Assembly: GCA_049297675.1 (NCBI GenBank)
Contig: JBAQUS010000006.1
Coordinates: 1-57,152, forward strand
Reading direction: 5' to 3'
Source: Minisyncoccia bacterium
GTDB taxonomy: Bacteria; Patescibacteriota; Minisyncoccia; Phycocordibacterales; DATDWN01
Length of the DNA stretch: 57,152 bases
Of this stretch, positions 38,840 to 46,094 are shown in pieces (the first letter of the stretch is position 1; each line of letters begins with the position of its first letter). The position numbers and the translations under genes are program-made. The notes under the pieces are model-generated. The model saw only the letters and a list, made by a program, of their open reading frames with translations. It was not told where the DNA came from and searched no databases.

Positions 38840-38862
38840 AACAGTGTGATCTCTAACGGGAT
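38581..38862 (-). mobile_element. CCCGTTAGA-family element carrying a GIY-YIG nuclease ORF (candidate autonomous copy)
   Basis: Reverse strand reads ATCCCGTTAGAGATCACACTGTT-ATG...(ORF)...GGTTTCCTATCTCTAACGGGAT followed by G. The 14-nt terminal inverted repeats are identical to those of the ORF-less copies at argS and mazG. Confidence 0.75.
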
Positions 38863-38866
38863 AAAT

Positions 38867-39559
38867 TTATTTTTTTATTTTTGTTTTAACAATTTTATAA
38901 ACCCTCTCACCCACTTCTTCTGGTAACATACACACTTTTCCCTTACAACATTCTATCTTTGTCCAATTCTTGTTTTGTTTTTCCAAAAGCAGGGCACTAT
39001 TTCGAGAATTTTTTAGGTGGAGAAGGTTATCTTCTGCCACATCTCTTCTGCCTTTGAGATAGGTTTTCTTTCTTTGTGTTACTTTTCTCTCTAGCCACAT
39101 TTTACTGACTTCAAAAGGTACATCTAAATATATCACTAAATCCGGCCTAGGAATTTTGAAAACTGAGTACTCCATTTTATCAAGGAAATCCAAAAATTCC
39201 TTTCTCTTTTTCAAGTTAGATATTTTACCTCCTTGGTGAATTTGATTAGCTGTCGCATACCTATCCGCCAAGACTACGAAACCGTCGTCTAACCACTTTT
39301 GTATTTCTCTGGATGATTCAAATCTATCGGAAGCGTACAGAACCGATGCTAACCTCGGATCAACTTTTATAAAGTCCCCATAAACTCCAGAAAGATACTC
39401 TCCAATAAGTTTTCCGAAAAAGTTATTATAGTACCGAGGAAAATCGATTGTTTTTACCTTGATTCCCTCTTTTGTTAGACGTTCCTTAAGAAGCTTGACC
39501 TGGGTGGCCTTGCCAGAACCGTCTATTCCATCTATAACAATAAGCCTACCTTTGCTCAT
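38867..39559 (-). CDS. tmk: thymidylate kinase (dTMP kinase), eukaryote/archaeal-like type
   Basis: 230 aa with the P-loop LIVIDGIDGSGKATQ, DFPRY and the LID region RYATANQIHQGGK. Confidence 0.85.
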   Translation of the reverse strand: MSKGRLIVIDGIDGSGKATQVKLLKERLTKEGIKVKTIDFPRYYNNFFGKLIGEYLSGVYGDFIKVDPRLASVLYASDRFESSREIQKWLDDGFVVLADRYATANQIHQGGKISNLKKRKEFLDFLDKMEYSVFKIPRPDLVIYLDVPFEVSKMWLERKVTQRKKTYLKGRRDVAEDNLLHLKNSRNSALLLEKQNKNWTKIECCKGKVCMLPEEVGERVYKIVKTKIKK

Positions 39560-39595
39560 AATTAGTTTCTAGTATAATACAAAAATAAAACCAAA

Positions 39596-40912
39596 ATGAG
39601 AAAAATAATTGTAAGCCACGAATTACCGCCTGAGGCAAATGCAATGGCACTTGCTATGTATTCTCGTGACCCGCAAAGTTTTGATGTACACCTTGAAACA
39701 GTAAACCGTGTCGGACCAGAGAAGTTTTTGTCACAGTATTACGTCGGTTATGGTCACAAAAGTATCGGGGACTGTGGATCAACAACTATCTGTGCCGAAA
39801 ATGTTAGTATGCTTTGTGCTAAAGCTATCCAGCAGTGGGCACTCTACAACGGACAAGAAGCTAGTACACGGTATATCGATATGAGAAAGCAGGAAATTCT
39901 CAATCCATTGAAAACTAAAGCGGGTAAAGAAATACAAGATGGGTGGATGAAAATTTATAATAAAATGCTAGAAGTCCTACCACCATACCTTAAGGAAAAA
40001 TTTCCTATAAGAGAAGATGAAAACCCTAAAGTATACGAGAGGGCCATAAATGCTAAAGCCTTTGATATTGCTCGATCCCTTCTCCCTGCTGGAGCAACAA
40101 CTTATGTCGGTTGGCATACAAACCTACGCCAAGCAGTTGACCACCTAGCAGAACTTCGAAACCACCCACTGGATGAAATAAAAGAAACTGCAGAAGAAAT
40201 TGCTGGGGAACTTCACAAAAAATATCCATCATCTGGCTTTGATAAACGTTACGAAGAAACTGAAAGTTTTATCAGGAGCTACATGGATGAGTACATTTAT
40301 CTAGAACCAGAAACCAAACTCAAAAAAAACCAACAGAAAAACTTTAGTTCTACTAACGCTTTCAACACTAAGGCAATAAAGAAATATAAAGATTTACTTG
40401 CCAAGAGACCCCAAAAAACAGAGTTGCCTTTTTTCCTGAAAAAATTCGGCACAATAACATACCAGTTTTTGCTGGACTTTGGATCATTCAGAGACTTACA
40501 GAGACATCGAAGTGGAATAATCCTCATGCCTCCACTTACCACCAGATACGGTTTTAATAAGTGGTACTTAGAGCAGATACCTAAGAAATTTCAAAAAGAA
40601 GTTTTGGACGTAATAAAAAAACAAACAAAGAAAATTCATTCCCTAAAATGTGATGAGAAAATAAAACAATACTACACAGCCATGGGCTTTAATGTCATGT
40701 GCGGGTGTACCTTTGACCTACCTGCTGGGACGTACCTAGCGGAGCTACGTTCAGGACAAACCGTCCACCCAACACTTAGAATTGTAGCGCAAGAGATGGG
40801 AAAGACTCTCCAGAAACTCTTTCCGTACATGAGACTCTATTGCGACTATTCCCCTGACCTCTGGTCATCCAAACGTGGAACACAAACAATTACAAAGAAA
40901 TCCGAAAATTAA
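39596..40912 (+). CDS. ThyX-like (Thy1 family) protein with two degenerate ThyX repeats; putative flavin-dependent thymidylate synthase
   Basis: 438 aa. The N-half has GYGHKSIGDCG (compare GHETPFEH), AKAIQQW.LYNGQEASTRY (compare ARQWFRHR..S.NE.SGRY, with RHR lost) and ARSLLPAG..TYVGWHTNLRQAVDHL..LR. The C-half has FGSFRDLQRHRSG, which retains RHR. Confidence 0.6.
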   Translation: MRKIIVSHELPPEANAMALAMYSRDPQSFDVHLETVNRVGPEKFLSQYYVGYGHKSIGDCGSTTICAENVSMLCAKAIQQWALYNGQEASTRYIDMRKQEILNPLKTKAGKEIQDGWMKIYNKMLEVLPPYLKEKFPIREDENPKVYERAINAKAFDIARSLLPAGATTYVGWHTNLRQAVDHLAELRNHPLDEIKETAEEIAGELHKKYPSSGFDKRYEETESFIRSYMDEYIYLEPETKLKKNQQKNFSSTNAFNTKAIKKYKDLLAKRPQKTELPFFLKKFGTITYQFLLDFGSFRDLQRHRSGIILMPPLTTRYGFNKWYLEQIPKKFQKEVLDVIKKQTKKIHSLKCDEKIKQYYTAMGFNVMCGCTFDLPAGTYLAELRSGQTVHPTLRIVAQEMGKTLQKLFPYMRLYCDYSPDLWSSKRGTQTITKKSEN

Positions 40913-40924
40913 TTAAACAAAAAC

Positions 40925-41605
40925 ATGGCATTTAGTGATAAAAAAATTCTTGAAGCAATGAAAACAGGCGATATAGTCATTACACCATTTAACGAAAAGA
41001 ACCTAGCAACATCTAGCTATGATGTATCACTAGGTGAGATGTACTTTAGAGAGCAACCACATGCCAAGTATCACCACAATATTTACAACATATATAACAA
41101 AAGTCACACTGACCATGTTTGGGGAACTATTCCTCACAAAGCTGAGAAAGCGTCTGATGCACTGAAAAAGTTTAACTTTAATTGGGACGGTATAAACCCT
41201 GATGACAAAATAATTTTTCTAGACCCTGGAGAAACTATTCTGGCTCATACAAATGAATTCATTGGTGGTAAACACCATATTACAACCATGATGAAAGCCA
41301 GATCATCAATGGGAAGAAATTTCATTGAAGTCTGTAAATGCGCTGGCTGGGGAGATGTCGGCTATGTTAATCGTTGGACAATGGAGATAACAAATAACTC
41401 ACGATATTATGCAATCCCCTTAGTTGTTGGCAGACGAATCGCCCAAATTATATTTTTTGAAACTGGAGAGATTCTAAATGACAACTATTCTGTAACAGGA
41501 AAATACCAGAGTACCGATAATATAAAGAAAATGATAAAGGAGTGGAACCCTTCTAGCATGCTTCCAAAGCTTTACTTAGATAGAGATATAAAGAAGAAAA
41601 AATAA
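40925..41605 (+). CDS. dcd: dCTP deaminase-family protein (dUTPase fold)
   Basis: 226 aa with ILEAMKTGDIVITPF....L.TSSYDVSLG, LDPGETILAHTNEFIG and KARSSMGRNFIEV...EITNNS. An insertion of about 35 aa is present. Confidence 0.75.
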   Translation: MAFSDKKILEAMKTGDIVITPFNEKNLATSSYDVSLGEMYFREQPHAKYHHNIYNIYNKSHTDHVWGTIPHKAEKASDALKKFNFNWDGINPDDKIIFLDPGETILAHTNEFIGGKHHITTMMKARSSMGRNFIEVCKCAGWGDVGYVNRWTMEITNNSRYYAIPLVVGRRIAQIIFFETGEILNDNYSVTGKYQSTDNIKKMIKEWNPSSMLPKLYLDRDIKKKK

Positions 41606-41621
41606 AACCTTTTCTTAACGC

Positions 41622-42044
41622 TTATTTCACATCAACCCCCATGCTTCGGGCCGAGCCTGCAATAATCTTCATAGCAGCTTCAATATCGTTTGCGTTTAGG
41701 TCAACCATTTTTTTCTCGGCGATTTCTTTTAGTTGGGCCTTGGTGATTGAGCCGATTTTAGAAATAGCGTTTTTACCAGAGCCTTTCTCCTTTCCAAGAG
41801 CTTTTAGAATAAGAGCCGAAGCTGGAGGAGTTTTGAGTACAAAAGTAAATGTTCTGTCTTCATAAACAGAAATCTCCACAGGCACTATATCCCCCATCAT
41901 CTTAGCTGTAGCATCATTAAACTGCTTTACGAACTCTCCAATATTAACCCCAGCCTGACCTAGTGCCGGACCTGTAGGAGGAGCAGGAGTTGCCTTACCC
42001 GCTTGAATGACCAATTTTAATTTTTTTGTTATCTTTTTAGCCAT
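41622..42044 (-). CDS. rplK: 50S ribosomal protein L11
   Basis: 140 aa with [34 protein letters not shown]. Confidence 0.95.
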   Translation of the reverse strand: MAKKITKKLKLVIQAGKATPAPPTGPALGQAGVNIGEFVKQFNDATAKMMGDIVPVEISVYEDRTFTFVLKTPPASALILKALGKEKGSGKNAISKIGSITKAQLKEIAEKKMVDLNANDIEAAMKIIAGSARSMGVDVK

Positions 42045-42087
42045 ATTTTAGTTTTGATACTCTAATATAAAATATATTAAATTGCAA

Positions 42088-42633
42088 TTAGGTTTTTTTG
42101 ACCTGTAAGAAGTCGAGCTCCACTGGTGTCTCTCTACCAAACATTGCAACTAGTACTTTTACCTTCCCTCTCTCTTCATCCACTTCTGAAACTTTGCCTT
42201 CCAAGTCTTTAAACGGTCCATCAATAATTTTGACTGCATCATTTATTGAAAGATCTATCTTATGCTTTACATCCCCAGCGTTCATCCTACTGAAAAGCTC
42301 ATCTATCTCTTTTTTGTCAATTGGCACCGGGTAAACACCAGAGCCGACAAAACCAGTGACACGAGGAGTATTTCTGACAACATACCAAGAGTCTTCCGTA
42401 ACTATCATGTCAACTAATATGTATCCAGGATAAATTTTCTCCTCCTCTTCAACCCTTTTTCCACCTTTTATTTTTATTTTCTTCTCAGTAGGAACTATGA
42501 CGTTGAAAATCTTGTCCTCCATTCCAAGAGATTCTATACGCTGTTTGAGATTACGCATAACAGCATTCTCGTACCCAGCGTATGTGTGAACGACATACCA
42601 ATTCCTTCCGCTTTGTATTTGTTGTTTAGACAT
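42088..42633 (-). CDS. nusG: transcription termination/antitermination factor NusG
   Basis: 181 aa with an NGN domain (WYVVHTYAGYENAV) and a KOW domain (VKIIDGPFKDLEGKVSEVDEERGKVKV). Confidence 0.95.
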   Translation of the reverse strand: MSKQQIQSGRNWYVVHTYAGYENAVMRNLKQRIESLGMEDKIFNVIVPTEKKIKIKGGKRVEEEEKIYPGYILVDMIVTEDSWYVVRNTPRVTGFVGSGVYPVPIDKKEIDELFSRMNAGDVKHKIDLSINDAVKIIDGPFKDLEGKVSEVDEERGKVKVLVAMFGRETPVELDFLQVKKT

Positions 42634-42642
42634 ATTTTATAT

Positions 42643-42751
42643 GATACCAATCTACGAATTTATGCGAATGAAACGAATGTTAGATACACTTAACGAATAG
42701 GGCATACGAATCCATTCGTATAATTCGTATGTAATTCGTATATTTGTATCG
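42643..42751. repeat. ACGAAT-rich palindromic element, full copy, between secE and nusG
   Basis: GATACCAATCTACGAATTTATGCGAATGAAACGAATGTTAGATACACTTAACGAATAGGGCATACGAAT...GTAATTCGTATATTTGTATCG. Near-identical to the reverse complement of the copy at 46095-46234. Confidence 0.85.
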
Positions 42752-42761
42752 CTAAATCTTA

Positions 42762-42941
42762 TTAAATAATAAATTTCTCCAAAACCAATTTCAAAAGATA
42801 ATCAAAAAAACCGAGATAAAAAGAAACGAAAACAGAAATGATAACAACAACCACAGTGAAAGCCATGGCCTGATTTCTTGTTGGCCAAGAAACATGCTTC
42901 AGCTCTCCTTGGGTGTCTTTGATGTATGATATAAGTGACAT
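42762..42941 (-). CDS. secE: preprotein translocase subunit SecE (59 aa)
   Basis: Manual translation gives MSLISYIKDTQGELKHVSWPTRNQAMAFTVVVVIISVFVSFYLGFFDYLLKLVLEKFII. It has the canonical ELK.V.WPTR motif and sits upstream of nusG. It falls below the ORF-track cutoff. Confidence 0.75.
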   Translation of the reverse strand: MSLISYIKDTQGELKHVSWPTRNQAMAFTVVVVIISVFVSFYLGFFDYLLKLVLEKFII

Positions 42942-42954
42942 AAATTTATTCTAT

Positions 42955-43052
42955 CACGACACCAATACACGAATGAAGACGAACGTACGAATGGGTTCAG
43001 AATTCTGAATTCAATTCGTGTCATTCGAGTATTTATTCGTAATTCGTGTCGC
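42955..43052. repeat. ACGAAT-family element (CACGAAT variant) upstream of secE
   Basis: CACGACACCAATACACGAATGAAGACGAACGTACGAATGGGTTCAGAATTCTGAATTCAATTCGTGTCATTCGAG...ATTCGTAATTCGTGTCG. Confidence 0.75.
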
Positions 43053-43124
43053 GTTACTAAAAAACCCCTCCTGGGGAATGCCTAAAGAATACTCTTTTTG
43101 AAAATAGAAGTCAATATAACGTAT

Positions 43125-43555
43125 AAAGAAAGGGCCCCGCTTCAAGAGAAGACAAGGGCCCCAATCGCGAGATTCGAAATGCGCTACAGTCGCCACATGG
43201 GATGAAAGTCGATGGCTAGTTACTCACCGGCCTTCACCCCTTTCCGAAAAAACAGGTTGCCCTCGGCAGAAGCGAACGTCGCCTATGCTCTGGCGGGTGT
43301 TGATCAGCGCCCGATTCGGACCGCGATCAACTGCCTGAGTTTTTAAGCTGGATAACCCCCAGCCGAGTGTGGACTAGAGGCGGCCACACACCATCAAACT
43401 GATCTCTGTCGGGAAACTAGCTCTCCCACCAGTTGGAACTCCAAGAGTTCCAGACCAATTTGGCCTCCTGGGACCTACAGCATCATGCACACTTTGTAGT
43501 TCATGCCAGAGCCGTTGTCCCCTCCGCCCACCATCCTAGCACACACTAATTGCTT
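43125..43555 (-). ncRNA. unassigned G+C-rich structured RNA (~400 nt) with intrinsic terminator
   Basis: The segment is markedly more G+C-rich than its flanks and has no ORF of 60 aa or more in any frame. It contains many local hairpins, for example TGGAACTC/GAGTTCCA, GTTGATCGCG/CGCTGATCAAC, GCTGG/CCAGC and GTGTGG/CCACAC. On the reverse strand it ends in GGGCCC...GGGCCC-TTTCTTT, and a second terminator, CCCCAGGAGGGG-TTTTTT, lies at 43076-43059. Confidence 0.45.
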
Positions 43556-43784
43556 TTGTCAAGAAAATTTTCATCAAAAATCCATTTTCTTTTTTAGTAT
43601 CAAAAAACAGCCCTTCACAGAGCCGTTTCTTGTAAATCAAGTAAAAATTGTGGCGCAAGAAAACTTTCACAAACTGAGTGAATTTCGAGGTTCGCAGATT
43701 TTACTTGCGACCAAACTGTACATCTAGTACAGCGCGTGGAGAAAGCAAAATCGAGATCAAAGAAATTCGCCAGTTTTGGAAGTT

Positions 43785-44594
43785 TTATTCGACTTCGTAG
43801 GTTATGGTCACACTCGAGACAACCTTATTCTCCCCGACTGGAACTTGTGGAGGAGTAGGTGCATACTCTGCATTAGCACTGATTGAATCCAGCTTCATCA
43901 TCCCACCATACATTACCGGATAATTTCCTCCCTCTTGGAAATTGACTATTTTTTTAAGTCTCACTCCTAGAGATTTTGATAAAACCTTGGCCTTTTCTTT
44001 TGCATCAATTATTGCTTTTTCTCTAGCTTCATCTTGAACTTTCTCCTCATCATCAATGACAAAATTAAGTCCAGTTGCGTTTGTCACACCAAGCTCTCCA
44101 ACTTTTGTCAGTACCAAGCCAGCGTCAGCTGTTTTTCTTATTTTTATGGTCACACTTTGATTAACCTCATAGCCAGTAAGAGTTTGCTTTCCAGGTGGAC
44201 AATAATCTCTAGTACAAATCTGAGCTACAGAATAGTCATATTTTGGATAAAAAGTGTAGTTATCAGTTTTAATATCTTTCTCTTCAATACCAAGACCTTT
44301 AAGAGCATCTATTACGCTATTAATTTTTTTAGTAGATTTATCCTGTGCATCTTTGACAGTTTTCCCTTCCTCAACAACGGAAAAGCCGAAGGACCCAATA
44401 TCCGGAACTGCCAAAACTTCCCCTGTTCCAGTCACAGAGATCACGTTTGCTGGATATTCACCTCGCCCTATGTATGAATTTTCCTTAAGAGCGTTTAGAG
44501 ACTTAATGCCAAGAAAAACTGCTAGTAAAATACAAACTGCAAGTAAGCTATTAAATAATCTTTTCTTTTGCAAATCATTTAGAGATTGATACAT
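43785..44594 (-). CDS. SIMPL/DUF541-family periplasmic protein
   Basis: 269 aa with an N-terminal TM/signal anchor and the family-typical ISVTGTGEVLAVPDIGSFGFSV. Confidence 0.75.
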   Translation of the reverse strand: MYQSLNDLQKKRLFNSLLAVCILLAVFLGIKSLNALKENSYIGRGEYPANVISVTGTGEVLAVPDIGSFGFSVVEEGKTVKDAQDKSTKKINSVIDALKGLGIEEKDIKTDNYTFYPKYDYSVAQICTRDYCPPGKQTLTGYEVNQSVTIKIRKTADAGLVLTKVGELGVTNATGLNFVIDDEEKVQDEAREKAIIDAKEKAKVLSKSLGVRLKKIVNFQEGGNYPVMYGGMMKLDSISANAEYAPTPPQVPVGENKVVSSVTITYEVE

Positions 44595-44662
44595 ACAAAT
44601 TAGTTAAATAATAATGTTTAGACCCCTACATTTTATCACAGACGTATTACACTGCCTATTTA

Positions 44663-45205
44663 TTACATTCTGTTATAAACCTTTATAGTCCCGTATGAAA
44701 CCGTAATGCCCAGAACCACACCAAAAAGGACGTCTGAGAACCAGTGAGCGTTGAGATAAATTCGAGAATAACTAACTAGAAAAATAAGTGCTATGCACGA
44801 GAAATTAAATAATATTCTTTGAAACCTGCTTAAATGATCACTGAAAAGATACATGGTCATGATAAAAAAGATGGTCGCGATTGTAGCATGACCGCTAGGA
44901 AAACTCTTACCGAAAACTTCGACAGAACTCTCTGCCGGACGATTTACATCGAAAAACATTTTTAGTACAGAAACTATAATTGCTCCTGTAGTAAGTGTTG
45001 TAAAAAAAAGTAGAGCTCTTTTGAGACCACCGATAAGATAGAAAAGTAGAGTAAAGGCTACAACAACCAAAATAAAATGGATGGATAGATCAAATATTGT
45101 TGTAAGTAAGTAAAAAAACTCCGTCATACTCTCTGTACGACTTGTCGAAATATAGTTTTGAATGGCAAAGTCAATACTTAACATATTATATAAACCATCT
45201 TGCAA
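44663..45205 (-). CDS. PAP2-family phosphatase
   Basis: 180 aa with the PAP2 motifs KMFFDVNRP, PSGH and SRIYLNAHWFSDV. The true start may be the internal MLSIDF. Confidence 0.8.
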   Translation of the reverse strand: MQDGLYNMLSIDFAIQNYISTSRTESMTEFFYLLTTIFDLSIHFILVVVAFTLLFYLIGGLKRALLFFTTLTTGAIIVSVLKMFFDVNRPAESSVEVFGKSFPSGHATIATIFFIMTMYLFSDHLSRFQRILFNFSCIALIFLVSYSRIYLNAHWFSDVLFGVVLGITVSYGTIKVYNRM

Positions 45206-46067
45206 ATATTCCTGCGGTTAAAAGCCTATGGGTGTTTGTTTCCTTGATAGATAACTCTCCACACGCTGTCTTACCTCCTAAATCTTTTGTTAAATCCTCT
45301 AAAACTTGTTTGTAAGTCTCGGCAGAGTAGTTCGAAGCATAGCCGTTTAAAACTATTGCTATCGGATCTTTTGATAAAACACTTTTAACTCTTTTTAGAA
45401 AAGGCAAAAGATCATTTTCTATTTTCCATACTTCCTTTTTGACGCCCTTTCCATACACTGGAGGATCGAGAAGTATGACGTCGTACTTGTTTCCTCGCTT
45501 TATTTCTCTTTCAACAAACTTTCTAACATCATCCACAATAAACCTAACGGGTTTTTCCTCTAATCCGGAATCTTTTAAATTCTTTCTTGCCAGATCCACC
45601 GCAAATTTAGACGAGTCAATATGGTAGACCTCTGCCCCAGCCCTCGCGCAAGCCATCGTAGCCCCACCAGTGTACGCAAAAAGATTTAGAACTTTGATCC
45701 TATTCGTATTATTCGCATGAATTCGTATATTTGTATCGCGTTTAATCTTCCCCTCAAGCCACTTCCACTGCCCTACCTGTTCTGGAAAGACTCCGAGGTG
45801 TTTAGAGGGCAAAAGTGATACATTAAAAGTCAGTTCTTCTAAGGTTATTTGCCAATTTTCTAATGGCTTTAACCATTTACCAGAAGCACCCGAACGAACG
45901 TAAGTTGAATCAGCCCCTTCCCATTCTTTTTTGGAAAGTGACTTTGCCCACAAAACTTGTGGATCGGGTCTACGCAAAACATACTGTCCGTATCTCTCGA
46001 GCTTCTCTCCTTCTCCACTATCTAGCAGTTCGTAGTCTTTTGATTTTTCAGTTACTAGAATTTCCAT
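45186..46067 (-). CDS. class I SAM-dependent (RlmI/YccW-like) methyltransferase with in-frame repeat insertion
   Basis: 293 aa with VLNLFAYTGGATMACARAGAEVYHIDSS and ILLDPP. The 15 residues RDTNIRIHANNTNRI are encoded by an ACGAAT half element. Confidence 0.8.
   Translation of the reverse strand: MEILVTEKSKDYELLDSGEGEKLERYGQYVLRRPDPQVLWAKSLSKKEWEGADSTYVRSGASGKWLKPLENWQITLEELTFNVSLLPSKHLGVFPEQVGQWKWLEGKIKRDTNIRIHANNTNRIKVLNLFAYTGGATMACARAGAEVYHIDSSKFAVDLARKNLKDSGLEEKPVRFIVDDVRKFVEREIKRGNKYDVILLDPPVYGKGVKKEVWKIENDLLPFLKRVKSVLSKDPIAIVLNGYASNYSAETYKQVLEDLTKDLGGKTACGELSIKETNTHRLLTAGIFARWFI
45697..45740. repeat. ACGAAT-rich element, half copy, in frame inside the methyltransferase gene
   Basis: GATCCTATTCGTATTATTCGCATGAATTCGTATATTTGTATCGCG is the reverse complement of the arm consensus CGATAC.AATATACGAATTCATGCGAAT.ATACGAAT. 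Confidence 0.8.
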
Positions 46068-46094
46068 CTCAAAATTGTATCACAAAAATTTTTA

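Noticed and set aside
43125-43555. Attempt to call the G+C-rich RNA as RNase P RNA, tmRNA or SRP RNA
   Set aside because: RNase P-like strings are present but out of canonical order and without a complementary P4 pair. There is no tRNA-like acceptor/T-arm with CCA for tmRNA, and no GNRA-capped helix 8 motif for SRP. It is left as an unassigned ncRNA.
43011-43727. ORFs 43011-43196 (minus) and 43503-43727 (plus)
   Set aside because: They overlap an ACGAAT element, the terminators and the edges of the structured RNA. Their composition is low-complexity and they have no start context.
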